Shown here in pieces: positions 1 to 14,125 of a stretch of DNA of 64,000 nt. The notes beneath the pieces are model-generated. The model worked only from the letters and a program-made list of their open reading frames with translations. It searched no databases and was not told where the DNA came from. Numbering within the stretch: the first letter of the stretch is position 1; each line of letters starts with the position of its first letter. Source of the DNA: the human T2T-CHM13v2.0 reference genome, Homo sapiens; NCBI RefSeq assembly GCF_009914755.1, contig NC_060941.1; one strand, given 5' to 3'. The position numbers were made by a program, and so were the translations under genes.

Positions 1-693
1 ACCGTTAAACTTTTCTTATTAAAATGCAAAGCCTAGTGTCTTCTAGCTTTTTGAAGAGCTTTTGTCCATTATATAATCTGTCAAGTAGCCAAGAGTTCCT
101 CAGAAGCAGGACATCATTTAGATTTAAAACAATTATGGCTTGTCTGTAAAATAATGTTGTAGCATAACCATTCATGGGATGGCAGCTACGATTTTACTTC
201 AGTAAAATATCCTTGGATACTACCGCCATTTTATTTACCTTAAAGATTTTACCAAGGTACCCTAGAACAAAAATGGTGAGGTCATTTTGATTCTGCTAAA
301 GTTGGTATGACTGGAAAGCCAAATGACACAGTTATGAGCATAGACCTTTTATTTTCCAGATGTTTGACAGTGTAAACATACATAAAATACATATTAAAGT
401 TTAGATGCTTTATATTTTGTGCAATAAATTGAAGCCTTAAAACATTTCATTTTTTTTATAAAAGAAACTCATTAGTTTACTTAATTAAGACAGTAAAATA
501 GCAGCAAGTACCAAGACATTGTGCATTTCTTTTATTTAAGACAAGTTACTTCATTTACATCAGAGTTAGAAATGTTAAGACTGGCTTTCTTGAATACTTA
601 AATATAGCTCGAATCACTGGTTAGATATGGACATATTTTCCCAACTGTACATCAGGGAGGAGTGCTTTCATTAGTTTCAGAAAATGCAGACCC

Positions 694-2016
694 TCAGACA
701 GCCAGCATGACCACAACATTGAGCAATAAGAGAAATGAAGCATTTACTTTCCAAGCATTTGCCACAGAAGGTAATGGAGTCTTTACATTTGTGGTTGTCT
801 CTTCCCTCCATAAGTTAAGGGTTGTGCTTTGTTGAGGCATTTCAGAGAAATTATTTGGCATGCCACTAGTGATACTTAGGGTCATGGGTGTTGGGGATGA
901 TTTTGTTGAGCTAGTGAGGCTTGTGTTTGTGACCATTCCATCTTGGAGATGAATAGTTAGAGTTGCAGCTGCTGCTTCATGTGAATTGATAGTCTCTGTG
1001 GATGTATCTTCTGGATAGGGCACAAAAGCCTTATCAGTGCTAGTAAAGGTGGTGTCTTTGCTTAGAGTGGCACCAAACGTTGTTTCCTTTGTTCGATATT
1101 GTTTGGGTATTTTGGTCACTTTGGGTTGAGTTACCACACTCAGAGAGTTAATGGTGTCCACTGTCTGCATCCCACTTACAGTGAATAAGCTTGAGGTAAA
1201 TCCAGAAGGTGTGGGATACATGTTATGTTCCTTTAAAGATGATATTTGGGTAGAACATGGAGTCCCTATCACATGGGCTTTTGTTTCCATCATCCACTTC
1301 AGTAAGTAAGTAATGTTTTGTTTGTGGTCACATGACCACCTGTTATTGTAAAGGGTTATCTCTTGCAACTGAAAGAGTTGGTCAAAAGATTGGTCTGGAA
1401 TGAATGTGAACTTATTGTTGTGCAGGTAAAGATGTGTGAGATTTGTCAGGTTTATTAATGTACCTGGAAGAATTTGTGTCAAAGAATTATTAGACAGGTC
1501 CACGATATGTAGTTTGGAGGGCATGTTGGTTGGAACTGTCCAAAGTTTGTTACTACTGAGGTTGAGAACCTCGAGACTTCTTAGTGTATTTTTAATGAGG
1601 ACAACCTTTTCCAGCATGTTCTTAGAAACATCCAGATATTTAAGATTCCACTGATAAGCAGTATCAGATTTGTCAAGAAGTTTAATGTTGTTGTTAGCAG
1701 CAGACATGTTCCACAGAGACCGAGGTAAGTGAGCAGGCAGGCTTTCAAGCCTGTTGTTTGAAATGTCCAGGGTCCTCAGATTGGTATATTGGGTTAACTG
1801 GTTATGCAGATCAGTAAAGTGGTTATAAGACAGGTTTAAATGTATAATATTCTCTTGCAGTCCAGATGGTAATGTAGACAAGTTTCTGCCTGAACAGTCC
1901 ACATGCCTGTGCCTCTCTGTGCATATACATTGGAGAGGACAAATGCATAAAATACCAGGTGTGAGAAACAGAAGGATGAACAGGCAGAGAGACATTTTCA
2001 ATATCTGATATTCCAT
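694..2016 (-). CDS. OMG: Oligodendrocyte-myelin glycoprotein (440 aa; signal peptide, LRRNT, LRRs, Ser/Thr-rich stalk, GPI signal), single coding exon
   Basis: ORF MEYQILKMSLCLFILLFLTPGILCICPLQCIC..., LxxLxLxxN repeats, hydrophobic C-terminus. True ATG is 2016-2014 (the track starts at an upstream TTG). Acceptor tttctag| gives exon start 2022. Confidence 0.98.
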   Translation of the reverse strand: MEYQILKMSLCLFILLFLTPGILCICPLQCICTERHRHVDCSGRNLSTLPSGLQENIIHLNLSYNHFTDLHNQLTQYTNLRTLDISNNRLESLPAHLPRSLWNMSAANNNIKLLDKSDTAYQWNLKYLDVSKNMLEKVVLIKNTLRSLEVLNLSSNKLWTVPTNMPSKLHIVDLSNNSLTQILPGTLINLTNLTHLYLHNNKFTFIPDQSFDQLFQLQEITLYNNRWSCDHKQNITYLLKWMMETKAHVIGTPCSTQISSLKEHNMYPTPSGFTSSLFTVSGMQTVDTINSLSVVTQPKVTKIPKQYRTKETTFGATLSKDTTFTSTDKAFVPYPEDTSTETINSHEAAAATLTIHLQDGMVTNTSLTSSTKSSPTPMTLSITSGMPNNFSEMPQQSTTLNLWREETTTNVKTPLPSVANAWKVNASFLLLLNVVVMLAV

Positions 2017-2840
2017 CAAAGCCTAGAAACAAACAGATACACCCTTCTTTTAATATGCAAATACAGTTTAGGCATCTGCATGGGTCAGTTAGCATTAGGC
2101 AAAATTTTCAATAAACCTCGTTGTTGTCGAGTCCTTTTATAATTGTTCCAGTGATTAAACTAACAAAGCTCCCCTTCATTTATAGTCCAAATGCTTAATC
2201 CTTCAATTGGGCTATGTGGTAGAGAGAGACTCTCTCCCTACTCTCTCCTGCATTTTCTCCTTTATTTTCTCTCTCCCTCCCCCCTTTTCTAACCATATTC
2301 TTTCTTATTTATCTTTCTAGAGCCTTAATATGATAAAATAGCATTCTTTGCAAATAAATAGTTGCAGTTGTAGGCTATTACTATTTTTGATGATATGCTT
2401 TCTTACTCAGATGAGAAAAAATGGCTGTCGTGTCTTTTTTTTTTAATCTCTGCAGTAATGTAATTCAATGTGTGTATATAGGGTAGATTTTATTTAGATA
2501 TTAAAGCAGTTCTTCGAAATTTTATCTGTATGTTTTTAGGATAAATATATCTTTGTAAAAAGCACTTGAAAAATCCAGACCAACACAGTACCTATAAACC
2601 TCACATTTTATAAAGTGATTTTTTTCTGTATATTTCAGTGCCCATTTTAAAGGAAAACAATATGTATATTTACAGAGTGACTGAATGTATAAAAAATATC
2701 CCTCAACTGACACTGCAGCAAATTTCTGGTGCATGCACTTGCTATTGAATATATATTTAATCCTAACGTTGACTTTTTCTTAAAAGAAAAAGGAAAAAGA
2801 TTCCAAAGTCAGCCTTTTACTGATTTAAATAACATCTTAC

Positions 2841-3020
2841 CGTGGTGTCGTCTTCAACATCAGCATCTCATTTTCTCTGGGAAACTTAAAGGTCGTCTTG
2901 TTCTGTAGAGTCGGAACTGTTTCTGGCTGTGGGCTGTGCTTGCCTGCTCAGCTGCATTGTGTTGCTGTGAGCTGAAGCTCTGCAACCACCTGATCAGTAC
3001 CACATAGGAGGACTGCAGAG
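2841..3020 (-). other. OMG: OMG non-coding exon 1 (5' end approximate)
   Basis: Donor CACG|GTAAGA at 2841/2840 on the minus strand; 818-nt intron 2023-2840. Confidence 0.8.
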
Positions 3021-3024
3021 CTGT

Positions 3025-3085
3025 CGCTGGTGCTGACTCAAATTTATGGCAAGAGGTGCACACGCAACAAAATGGACAATTTTTT
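3025..3085 (-). promoter_or_regulatory. Putative OMG core promoter
   Basis: TATA-like CATAAA (3048-3043), TGCTGACTCA AP-1/Maf element (3031-3040), SOX-like ACAAA/ACAAT pair (~3067-3080). Confidence 0.4.
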
Positions 3086-4876
3086 AAAAAATTTGTGGCA
3101 TCAAGCGTACCTATATATCTGATTTGCTATAGGATGGGATACCTTATGCATGAGAGTTGGCCCTTACTCCTTTCTATGTATTTGTCTGAGATTGGGTTCC
3201 ATATTTTAACATTTGCCTCATTAAGAATCTGTGAATTTTTAAAATACCTCTACTCTTTATCCTTTTTACATGTTGAAAATAAATTTGACCTTCCTCATGG
3301 ATAGTTTTCTATGATATTAGTCCCACTATTTTTTAACTCCTGCCTTTTTATATTCCTTTCTAAAATTGTATAATTTTCATGTCACTTTTTTAATATTATA
3401 AAAAATCTGTTTTATGACTTTTATGTCTTCCCCCAACATGGTGATTATTATGTTTAATCAGCTTTTCAAATTTATCAACCACTTAAGTGTTCCGTCTTCC
3501 CTTTTAGGATGTATAGAAGTACTGAAATACGATTATTTTTTCTTTATCTTTCTGATACAATGATCATTTGACCAAGGCTACACACAAGCCAGGATACATT
3601 TGGAAATTAGCATCTTATACTTCAGATTATCAGTTCCTATGTAAAATAAACATGTTTTATTTTATATATTTGGAGTTAAAGTTTTTTTTCTTTATGCAAC
3701 CTTGGGTGGTAAGTGGATATGAGTATTGTTTTTTCCAAAGACATTTTTGGTGCTGTATGAATGACCATTTATTTGATTTTATGTTTTAAGAATAGCAGTA
3801 TCAATTTAGGTGATTTCAGAGTGTTGCACATTTCATCTTTCTGGGAAAGTAGTTTATAGTTTTAAAATTACATGAAATGATATAAAAGGAAAATTTTTCA
3901 TCATGAGTTTTATAAAGTGAGATCAGATTTATGATAAATTTTGCTCCACTCTTCAGTGGACTGCTTGTGTAAATCTGTTAAAACACAAATCTGATTTCCA
4001 GAATGGCAAGTTTAAAGAAAGCAAATAAAGTTACGGTATTTTCGTTACCAAGTGGCACCATTTAAAAACGAGTAATATTTAGCATGTTATGTGTAAGGAA
4101 AGTCTCTTTATGCCTTGTTACTAAATCGTTTGTTTTTCTCTAAATTATATTAGCATTATTTAGATTATACCACAAATAGAATTTGTTGTATTAAAATTTG
4201 AAGTTTATTTTCTTACAAGAGAAACTATACTCTAGGAGCCACCTTTTGTATAAAACTAATGTTCCTCGAAAAGTATCTGCATTTTAAGAGTCCGCAACAT
4301 AGAAGTTTATTGTTGATTGGGTGCTTTATTGCCACTTTACTTTGAGGGTTCAGTTGAACTCTCAATTGGATTCTTACTGTGGATTTAGGAAACCAGCCAT
4401 CAATCATAGTGCTTAAAATAATGTGTTAAAAATACTACATTCAGCAATATTGTGGAAATAGGGAATGCATTGACATTTAGAGTTCTATTTAAGCTCATAT
4501 ATACACTGCTGCACTTCTAAAGATGTGACTGAGGGTCAATTTACCGACCACTTAAATCTCTTAATTTTAGGAAACCTCATTAAGTCAGTGTAGAAGTAGA
4601 GTTATGCATTTTCATTACACTTAACAGTACTTTTGTTTGAAAGAAAAGACATGTTACTTCATTAATGGATTCAAATGAATTTGGGTTTAGGCTGTATCAA
4701 GTTTAGTTTCTGTTGTATATAATAGAAAATTCCAGTGCAATAGTAGTGGCAATGTTTCTCATTTCAAGTTTGGGACATACCAAATTGCTTCATATTATTC
4801 AAAGATTATTGTAAAATTCTCAAAAAGAAAAAGGGAGATCATTTCAATATATTTGAATTCTAACAATCTCTTACAC

Positions 4877-4985
4877 TGGGTGCAGCACACCAGCATGGCA
4901 CATGTATACATATGTAACTAACCTGCACGTTGTGCACATGTACCCTAAAACTTAAAGTATAATAAAAATAAATAAATAAATAAAA
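4877..4985 (+). mobile_element. Young L1PA 3' terminal fragment with A-rich tail
   Basis: gggtgcagcacaccagcatggcacatgtatacatatgtaactaacctgcac...aaacttaaagtataataaaaa. Confidence 0.9.
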
Positions 4986-6049
4986 GAAATTCTCATGAAA
5001 TAAAATAATACTGTATTACTGTTACTCAAAAAAAATATTTTTTAGAGGCATAAGTATGTGTTACAACTTATTTTAAATATTATTCAGACTCATTACATTT
5101 TCTATTAGGCTGTCTAGGTCAGTAATGATAGTTAGGCAACTTTTACATTCTAGATTAAGCAGTAAATTAATTTACGTATTCTTTTGTGTCCTAGGATATA
5201 TTACCCCAACATTGTGAAAGGTATCACAAAGCATCTGCCAAGGAATAGCTATCCCACGCTAATCAGTGGTTTCAGTTTTCCATTATTATAGGTAACATTT
5301 GCTATGCTTGAGAGTCAGATATTGTTTATTTTTGGTAATATGGTTGGCTATTTAGACTGATTTTCCTGCTGAATACAACTGAGAGTACTCAATAAAGTAC
5401 TTTAAAAGCATGAAAGAAATAACAACATAGAAATTACCAAGTCAAAATCCAAATGAATCAGTTTCTTTGCCCACCTCCCTACTCCTTTTTTTCTTTATGC
5501 CACTGGCTTGTTGCCAAAACTCAGTCAATTATTTCCTAAAATGTCTCTCATCTTGGAGTTTTCTCTTTGACTCTTTGGGAAGATTTAATTTGTTCTTCTG
5601 TCCCCCATATTTTCTATAAGTGATTCCTCATATCATTGACATAATTGCTCATTTGCATCATCTCACAATAATTTCAAAATAATACCAGTATTGATTGCTA
5701 CAATTAGATTATAGACTACCGAATAAAGTTTAAAATTTGTTTGTAGCTCTGCTTGCTTTATTTTACTAAAAGTGTATAGTAAATTCTGTGTTCTAATGCA
5801 ATGTGAAATAATTCTTTTCTGTGTATTTTTATATCACCAACTTGATATAAACTTTGTTTCAGTTTTCAGCTTTTCAGGATCACAAGTCAAAATTATATAT
5901 ATAACAATGTATATTCAGATAAATCTTGCTTCTCTGTCTTTTCCATCCTATTTCCTTCCTTCTGCTATTAGTAACTGTTTTTATTAGTTTTTCGTTGTAT
6001 CATTAACATTTCTTTTTGAAAACCTAAAAAAAATGTAAGCATATGTATG

Positions 6050-7180
6050 GTATGTTCTTATCCCCCCTTCTAATATAAAAGGTGACATATATACATACTG
6101 TTAGATAACTTGTTCTTCTTTTCTTACTGTATCTTGAGTATCACTCCATATCAGTATATAGGTATCTGTATGATTCACTGTTTGATCCATAGTACTCCAT
6201 TTGGGAATGTACCATGGCTTATTCAACCAGTCCCCTATTGGTGGACATCTGGGTTTTTCAGACTTTTGCTGTTACGAATAATGCCACAGTGAATACCCTT
6301 GTACCTAAATAATTTTATATGTTTGCCAGTAAATCTTTGAAAAAGATTCCTAGAAGTAGGATTGCTGGGTAAAAGGGTAAATGCATTTGGAATTTTTCCA
6401 GACATTACTAAATTCCTCTCCATTGATTATACCATTTTGCAGTCCCACCAACAGTGTATCATGGTGTCGAGTTCTATACAGCCTCACTGTATACTTTGTT
6501 GTTGAACTTTGGGATTTATTGTCCATCTGATAGGCAAGTATCTCCATCTAATTTTAAATGCATCTCTGTAATTATGAGGGGGAGTATATGTCTTTACATA
6601 TGTTTAAAGACCATTTAAATGTTTTCTCCTGTAACTGTCTTTTTAATGTTTTGCACTATTAAAAGTTGTGTTTTGGGTCTTCCCCTTCCTGCCCCATATT
6701 AGGAGCATTTTAAATTTTAGAGGTATTAGCACTTTGTCTTGATTTAAGTTTTAATTTTTTTTTCCAGTTTGCCATTTGTCTTTTGGCTTTATTATGGTGA
6801 GGTGTGTGTGTCTGTGTGTAATGCGCACTTGCATGTGTGTGATATTTAAAAGTTTCATATAATTTGATTTCCCTTTTTATTGCCTCTGGATTTTGAGTCT
6901 CAGCTAGGAAGGTTTTTTCCCGCTTCCAGATTATAAAGGAATTTACTCATATTTTCTTCTATTACTTGTATAATTTCATGGTTTATATTTAGAACTCTGG
7001 TCCTTGGTGTTCCAATATAGTGTGAAGTATGGATCAAATTTTTTCTTTTTTCCAGATGTCTATCCAATTGTTCCAATGCTTGTTTCCACTGATTTGATAT
7101 TTATTTCTGGACTTTTTCTTCTGTTCCATTGATCTGTTTGTTTAGTCATATACCGGTACCACAGTGTTTTAGTTATAGGT
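6050..7180 (-). mobile_element. Old L1M fragment
   Basis: Degenerate L1 motifs (ggacatctggg..., cctagaagtaggattgctggg, cagtcccaccaacagtgtat); ends approximate. Confidence 0.6.
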
Positions 7181-8244
7181 TCCCAAAGGTGCTACTTTAC
7201 TTTTTGATCAGAATTAAGTAAGAACAACAGTTAAAGATCACCCTCATCTAATTCATTTGTGTCCCTCACCACTGACACCAAATAGAAGACTTATGTGATA
7301 TATGTATGTTTCAGTGCATGATGTAGGTGCTCTTTGGTCCTATATTAGTGAAAAGAGTGTTGAACCAATAGTCAGGGAGCAAACTCAGCTTTTAATACCA
7401 CTTCTAAGCACATCACTTACTTTCTCTGGTCCTGTTTTCTCAGTAGTTAACAAACAAAAGGAGTTGAACCAAATGGTCTTCAGGGTTGTGTCTGACTCTG
7501 GTTAATGCTATTTTGGTTAAGAGCACCACTAGTATGTGGTGTGAACTTTAATCTACCTTTTATTCCCCTGTGCCTTATTCTTTTGCAGTATTCATGAAAT
7601 AAACTTTCTCTTCTGGATCTTAGTTCTTTAATCTTTTCTCTAAAAGATTTTTCTTTGTTCCAGCATTTTCTTCTGTCCTGCATTTATTAGTTTGTATCTC
7701 TTCCTGCTGATTAAGCAAGGATTGCCACTGTTTGGCTGCTCAGCTTCCACTGACCTCACTGGGGAAAATTACATGCAGTTAAATGTGAATTATTCTTCCC
7801 CCAGCAAAGAATTTCTTTAAAAAAAATAAAAGGAAAAAAGACAACATAAAAACCCGGCTGCTGCCAGTAGTCTGTCCTGTTATACAAAGAACAGAAAGAG
7901 AAAACCTCCCTTTAAAAGTACTTAAAGATATCAGACAACACTGTGGTCAGCTAATCAGCTCCCGTTTAATCTAAGAAAATTGGTATTTCCCTATTTTTCC
8001 CTGTATTTCTTTCAGGAAAGAAGGTGGTAAAAAGGGGCAAAAATGTGGAACGAGCCCATTAAGTAACTGTCACAAATGTAAAATGAGAACAGTTATGATG
8101 ATTTAAGGCATGTCAAAGACTTGGCCAAGTATAAAAACATATCTTATTTACCATAACAAAAATTCGTAAAATTAAAAAGAATAATAGGAAATTCTCAACT
8201 CCAGATTGCTGCTGGGGAAATTAGCTTTAAAAGTACTAAGTTTG

Positions 8245-8571
<327 letters not shown>

Positions 8572-9947
8572 TTAATGAGGAAGACAAAAGATGTAATATG
8601 ACAATAAGTATCATGCTTATTCAGGAAAAGTAAGAAGCTCAAGGAAGTGTTTCTATAGATTAAAAAATTAATGGTCAGTAAAGATGGCTTGAAAGATTTT
8701 AGGAAAAACATTGTATGTAAAATTCCTGTGTCCAAAACCCTACTGGTTCTTATTAAATATGGAGCTTTGTTAATGTCATGAATGCCAGTGCTATGAATAA
8801 ATGCTATGTTCTACTCTGAAAATCCCAGAACTATGAGTGGTTCTCCAAGACTGGGCTACCATTTTATTCTAAGTGCTTGTTTCCCCCTGGAGTTAGATGG
8901 GACTAATGAGGAAGAATATGTGCTTGTTGGGCAAAGGAGCACTTCTGCAGACAAAGGCTGGCATCCCCAAAAGTATAGGCTGATGACCACTCTTGACTTT
9001 GACAAAGATTGGGCCCATTCCTACTCTAATAACTCAGACTTACCAATTGTCAGATAATGGATAAAGATGAAATTCTGTGTAAGAAAGGTGATTTAAGAGT
9101 GGATAGCATCAGAAAGTATAAGTTTAGTAAAAAGTTGAGAATCATCTGTGTTTTGATAGTCTCTTTTCCTGAAAAAAAAATCACCCAAAGTCACCCGTAT
9201 TTAGAATGAAGCCATAGTCTTCTTTTCCTTTTTTTTGCTTTATAAAACTTGATTTTGTTTGGGTGTTTATAAAGAAGAAACTTGTAAAGATGCCAGTTTT
9301 AAAATTTGTGCCCCCCCAACATGGTAGGAAAATATTTACATTTTATGATGCATCCTCATATTTTTTTCAGGGTAAATGTTCCTAACCCAACCCTTCAGTT
9401 GATGTTTTAACATGTTTGTTTTACTCTTTGCAATGAAACCAAGAAGAAAATTTCTCTATTCTCAAACATGCATTTTAATCTCCCATTCCCACAAACTTGG
9501 AATATTTATTTAATACTTGAGGTATTAATTTAAAACTTGAAGCATATACTTAGTCTCTTATTCCTCTCCACCCTGGTCTTTGAAATGGAAACATAAAAGT
9601 TTATTCACCATAATTTTATACACAGCTTTTCAGGGGAAAAAAAACTGTACTGGGTAATAAGTATATGTAGATTGTTTCAGAGTTCTTAAATTATTGAAAC
9701 ATACCATTTACATATGTAAAATGTACTATACTTTAAAGATAGGTACTATAATTAGTAAATAGATTACTGTTAAATAACTTTTTTTAAAAAAAAGTTTCAT
9801 CTATGCACATAGGCTCTGAGCAGATTTCAGATAGTTCCTGAATAAAAATCAAAATTGACTATCAGTTGCCATTTTATATATGTTAACATATAAAGAAAAA
9901 AGAGTCATTTGAGGATGGAAGATCAGCTAAAAAGCAAGTTGTAATAT

Positions 9948-11294
9948 TTATAACAGTTCTGCAGGTGGAGGTGGCAGGGATTCATTAAGATCTTGATCAG
10001 AGTTGGGAGGAATAGAGAACTCCTGACACTGGATCTCAAGGTTGGAATCTTCTTGGTTTTTCATAAAATCTACTGGTGGCAGGGGCAAGTTAAGTGAGTC
10101 AAGCGGTGGAAATGATTGTATTATCTCAGATTTATGATCTCCACAGTCTTGATTGAGACAGTCCAGAGATGGAGGGAGACTAGTAGAATCATTTGGAAGA
10201 GGAGATACAATTGTCATTGTGGGTTTGTCAGATTGGTTACTTTCCTGTCCTTCCAAATCCAGAAGGGGAGGTGGTGGAGGCAGATCTGCATCATCTGAAG
10301 AAGAAACAGCAGTTCCAACTGTTGAACCATCAGCACTATCTTCTGATGTACCATTTACTTGATCTTTTATTTTCTCTGTTTTGGGGTTGTTGGAGTCTTC
10401 AATGTTTTCACTTGATTCAAACAACTTAATTTCTAAGTCATCTGCTAAAAGTGTGCTTTTGCTTGGTTTCCAGGGTGTAAGTGAAATGATTGATGTACGT
10501 TTTGTGGATATTTCATTTTCTCTGATGTTATCCATACAAATGTCAGGGGTTTCTCCATCAGCAAATGGAGATCTACCTGCCCAATTTTGATCATTTAAAA
10601 CTGGTTTCCTTAAGCATTTCCAAAGTACAATGATGATTATAGCTACCAACATAGAAGTCAGAAGTACACCAATTAGTATGGCAGCTATTGAATTATAATT
10701 GTTTTTTTGTGGGGTTTGTTTGTTACTGGTAGTATCTAAGATAAATCCTGGTGTACTCCTAGGTGAATTTTTGACAGTTGATGTTGGTTGTGTGGATGGA
10801 TTATGAACAGTTATTTGTTTTCTAGAAGGGATCTGGACAGATGATGATTGTTGAGTAAAAGTATAGACAAATGACTTTGGTGGTTGTGTGGTAGAAGTAC
10901 GGGCAGATGGTAGTTGTCTGGCAGAGGTGAACACGGCTTGCTGGGAGGAGGTGTTGGCTATTGGTGTTGGTTGTTTGGTGTTGTAGGCAAGTGGTTGTCC
11001 AGCAGAAGTATGTGCTTCTGGTTTTTCAGAAGAGGTATAGACAGCTGGTGTTGGTTGTCCAGCAGTGACTTTGGCAGGTGATATTGATTGTCCAGAAAAA
11101 GTGTCGCTGAATTGTGTTGGTTGACCCAAAGGATTCCCTGTTGTGTTTTGAGAATTAGCCAATACCTGTGACATTGATGATGTGAATAAGGTAGGCTGTG
11201 ACTGCTTCTCTGTTGTAATTGTCTCTGTCTTTGAAAAAAATGTATTGTTCAGGTGTCCACAAAACAAAATTAAGATGAAATATTTGGGATCCAT
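9948..11294 (-). CDS. EVI2B: EVI2B (CD361), 448-aa type I membrane mucin-like glycoprotein, single coding exon
   Basis: ORF MDPKYFILILFCGHL...; S/T/P/Q-rich ectodomain, TM IAAILIGVLLTSMLVAIIIIVLW, acidic Pro-rich tail. Branch point CCTAAC, pyrimidine tract and ctatag| give exon start 11315. Confidence 0.98.
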   Translation of the reverse strand: MDPKYFILILFCGHLNNTFFSKTETITTEKQSQPTLFTSSMSQVLANSQNTTGNPLGQPTQFSDTFSGQSISPAKVTAGQPTPAVYTSSEKPEAHTSAGQPLAYNTKQPTPIANTSSQQAVFTSARQLPSARTSTTQPPKSFVYTFTQQSSSVQIPSRKQITVHNPSTQPTSTVKNSPRSTPGFILDTTSNKQTPQKNNYNSIAAILIGVLLTSMLVAIIIIVLWKCLRKPVLNDQNWAGRSPFADGETPDICMDNIRENEISTKRTSIISLTPWKPSKSTLLADDLEIKLFESSENIEDSNNPKTEKIKDQVNGTSEDSADGSTVGTAVSSSDDADLPPPPPLLDLEGQESNQSDKPTMTIVSPLPNDSTSLPPSLDCLNQDCGDHKSEIIQSFPPLDSLNLPLPPVDFMKNQEDSNLEIQCQEFSIPPNSDQDLNESLPPPPAELL

Positions 11295-12524
11295 TTCAGA
11301 ATATTTCCTCGTTATCTATAGCGGGTTTATAATGAAAGAGAAAGACAGTTAGGCGTCATTGGTGTCTAGTTAAAAATTTGACTTTTCATTATGATTCCTG
11401 GCATAAAGTAGGTAGACATTATTCCTAATTAGTAGTAGTTGATTAGTAGTTATTATTCCTAATTTAGACTTGATACACTGTAGGTTTGGTGTAACAACTC
11501 TTGGATATACTCTAACCCATCATACAGCATTTGGACCTCATAAGCAGTGATCTCTCTTCTTTTATTAATACAAGTTCTGTACTTGGCTCTGCTGCCCCTC
11601 TAGCTTCATTATATTTCAGTACTTCACTTAGTCATACTTCTCAAAACGCATAGGCTCTATATGCTGGATCCATGTGTTCTCTACCTTTTTTCACCATTTT
11701 CTACTAGAAATATATTGATTCTCCTGCCTTGAAGAACACCAGTGATCATCTGTTACCTAATCTAATTGTTCTTTATTTCTTCTCTCCCCTCCCCTCCTTG
11801 ACCACATTAGACACTACTGTTCCTTCACTAATATTCAAGTAGCTTTTTGTAATCAGTCTTCCTTTCATGTTACTCTCACTAGCTCTTTTTCTTCTGCCTC
11901 CTAAATATGGTTAATTGATATTCTGTCCTCACCCTTACCTACTTTTCTTTGTTCCTGATTCTGTAAGATTTTAGTTCTCAGCTTTATGCCACAATTCCTA
12001 AACCTGTACCTCCAGCCTACATCTTCTTTGTCCTAATTCTATTTGTGTGACTTCTTGGTGGATTTTTCCATATTTTATATATATAGATAGATAGACATAG
12101 ATATAGATATAAATATCTCCCACTATCAGCAAATTCAACATATTTAAAATGGAGTTCATCTTTACCCTCACAACTGACAACTGACTCTTCTCCCAACTTC
12201 TCTGTATCTGTTAATGGTACCACTAAGTTTCTTAGGCACAGAGTCTATTAGTAATCTTTGAAGCATCCTTAGTGTCTCTGTAGCGTGGTAGCCTTATGTT
12301 AATATTGCATATTTTTAAAGAATTTCATTCAACTCAGAGTCTTAGGCTTAAAATCCTAGAGTGATCTCTGAATCTGGTGGAGTAAATTCAATCCAGTTGG
12401 TCAAGTAGTCCTGCTGCTGCTTTCATTCATCTATTGGTAAATGCCACATTTGTGTGGAGCTCTGTTCTAGGTTTAGGAGATTAAAAAAAAAAAAAAAAGA
12501 TAGTCACTGCCTTTAAGTGTTTCA

Positions 12525-13004
<480 letters not shown>

Positions 13005-13747
13005 AATTACAATAATTTGATAAGCTTTCTCATAAAAGTATGCAGGAGATGTACAGAGAAGTTAACCTAGCCTGGAAAGGCTTCAGTGAAGTAAAGCTTG
13101 AACTGAATTTTAAAAGTCTATAAAAACTAATTAAGTTTCCAGCCAGGGAGAGCAACAATGTGGGCACAGGAAAATAAGGCACATATGAAAGTTTGGCAGA
13201 TAGGGCTTTTTCTGGGATGTGGTAGATGCTAAAACTTGGAGAGTTAAGTTTCAGTTCTACTTCTCCCATCTAACTACCTGTCTAACCATGAGAACTAGTT
13301 GCTTAACCTTTCCTGTTCTCAATTGCCTTTCCTCTAAAGTGAAGAGTTCTACTGAGACAATTTGCAACTTTTGGTATAATATACTTGTTTTGCACATCAT
13401 CAAACACAATGGCAACTATTTGGTTATCTCTTAACATTAGGGAATAGAAAATCTTAGGGTGTTAGATATTGGTATACATGATTAGAAACTATAGTTCTTC
13501 TGACTCATAAGCCTATATTTAGAGAGATTTGATGTTCTGTTGGAAGGTGCAATAAAGGTTTTACAAATTACCTTTTCAGCATATCTAAACAGCATATCAT
13601 TGCTTACTCCTCTACCACTTGGTACACAGTGATGATAAATGGCCCTGTTTTAGTAGAAGAAAAGATATGTGATTTTTTTCCCTATACGAATAATTCAAGC
13701 CTGAATTTTAAAACAGTTCTCCTTTGAACTCTCCTGCACACTGCTGA

Positions 13748-14125
<378 letters not shown>

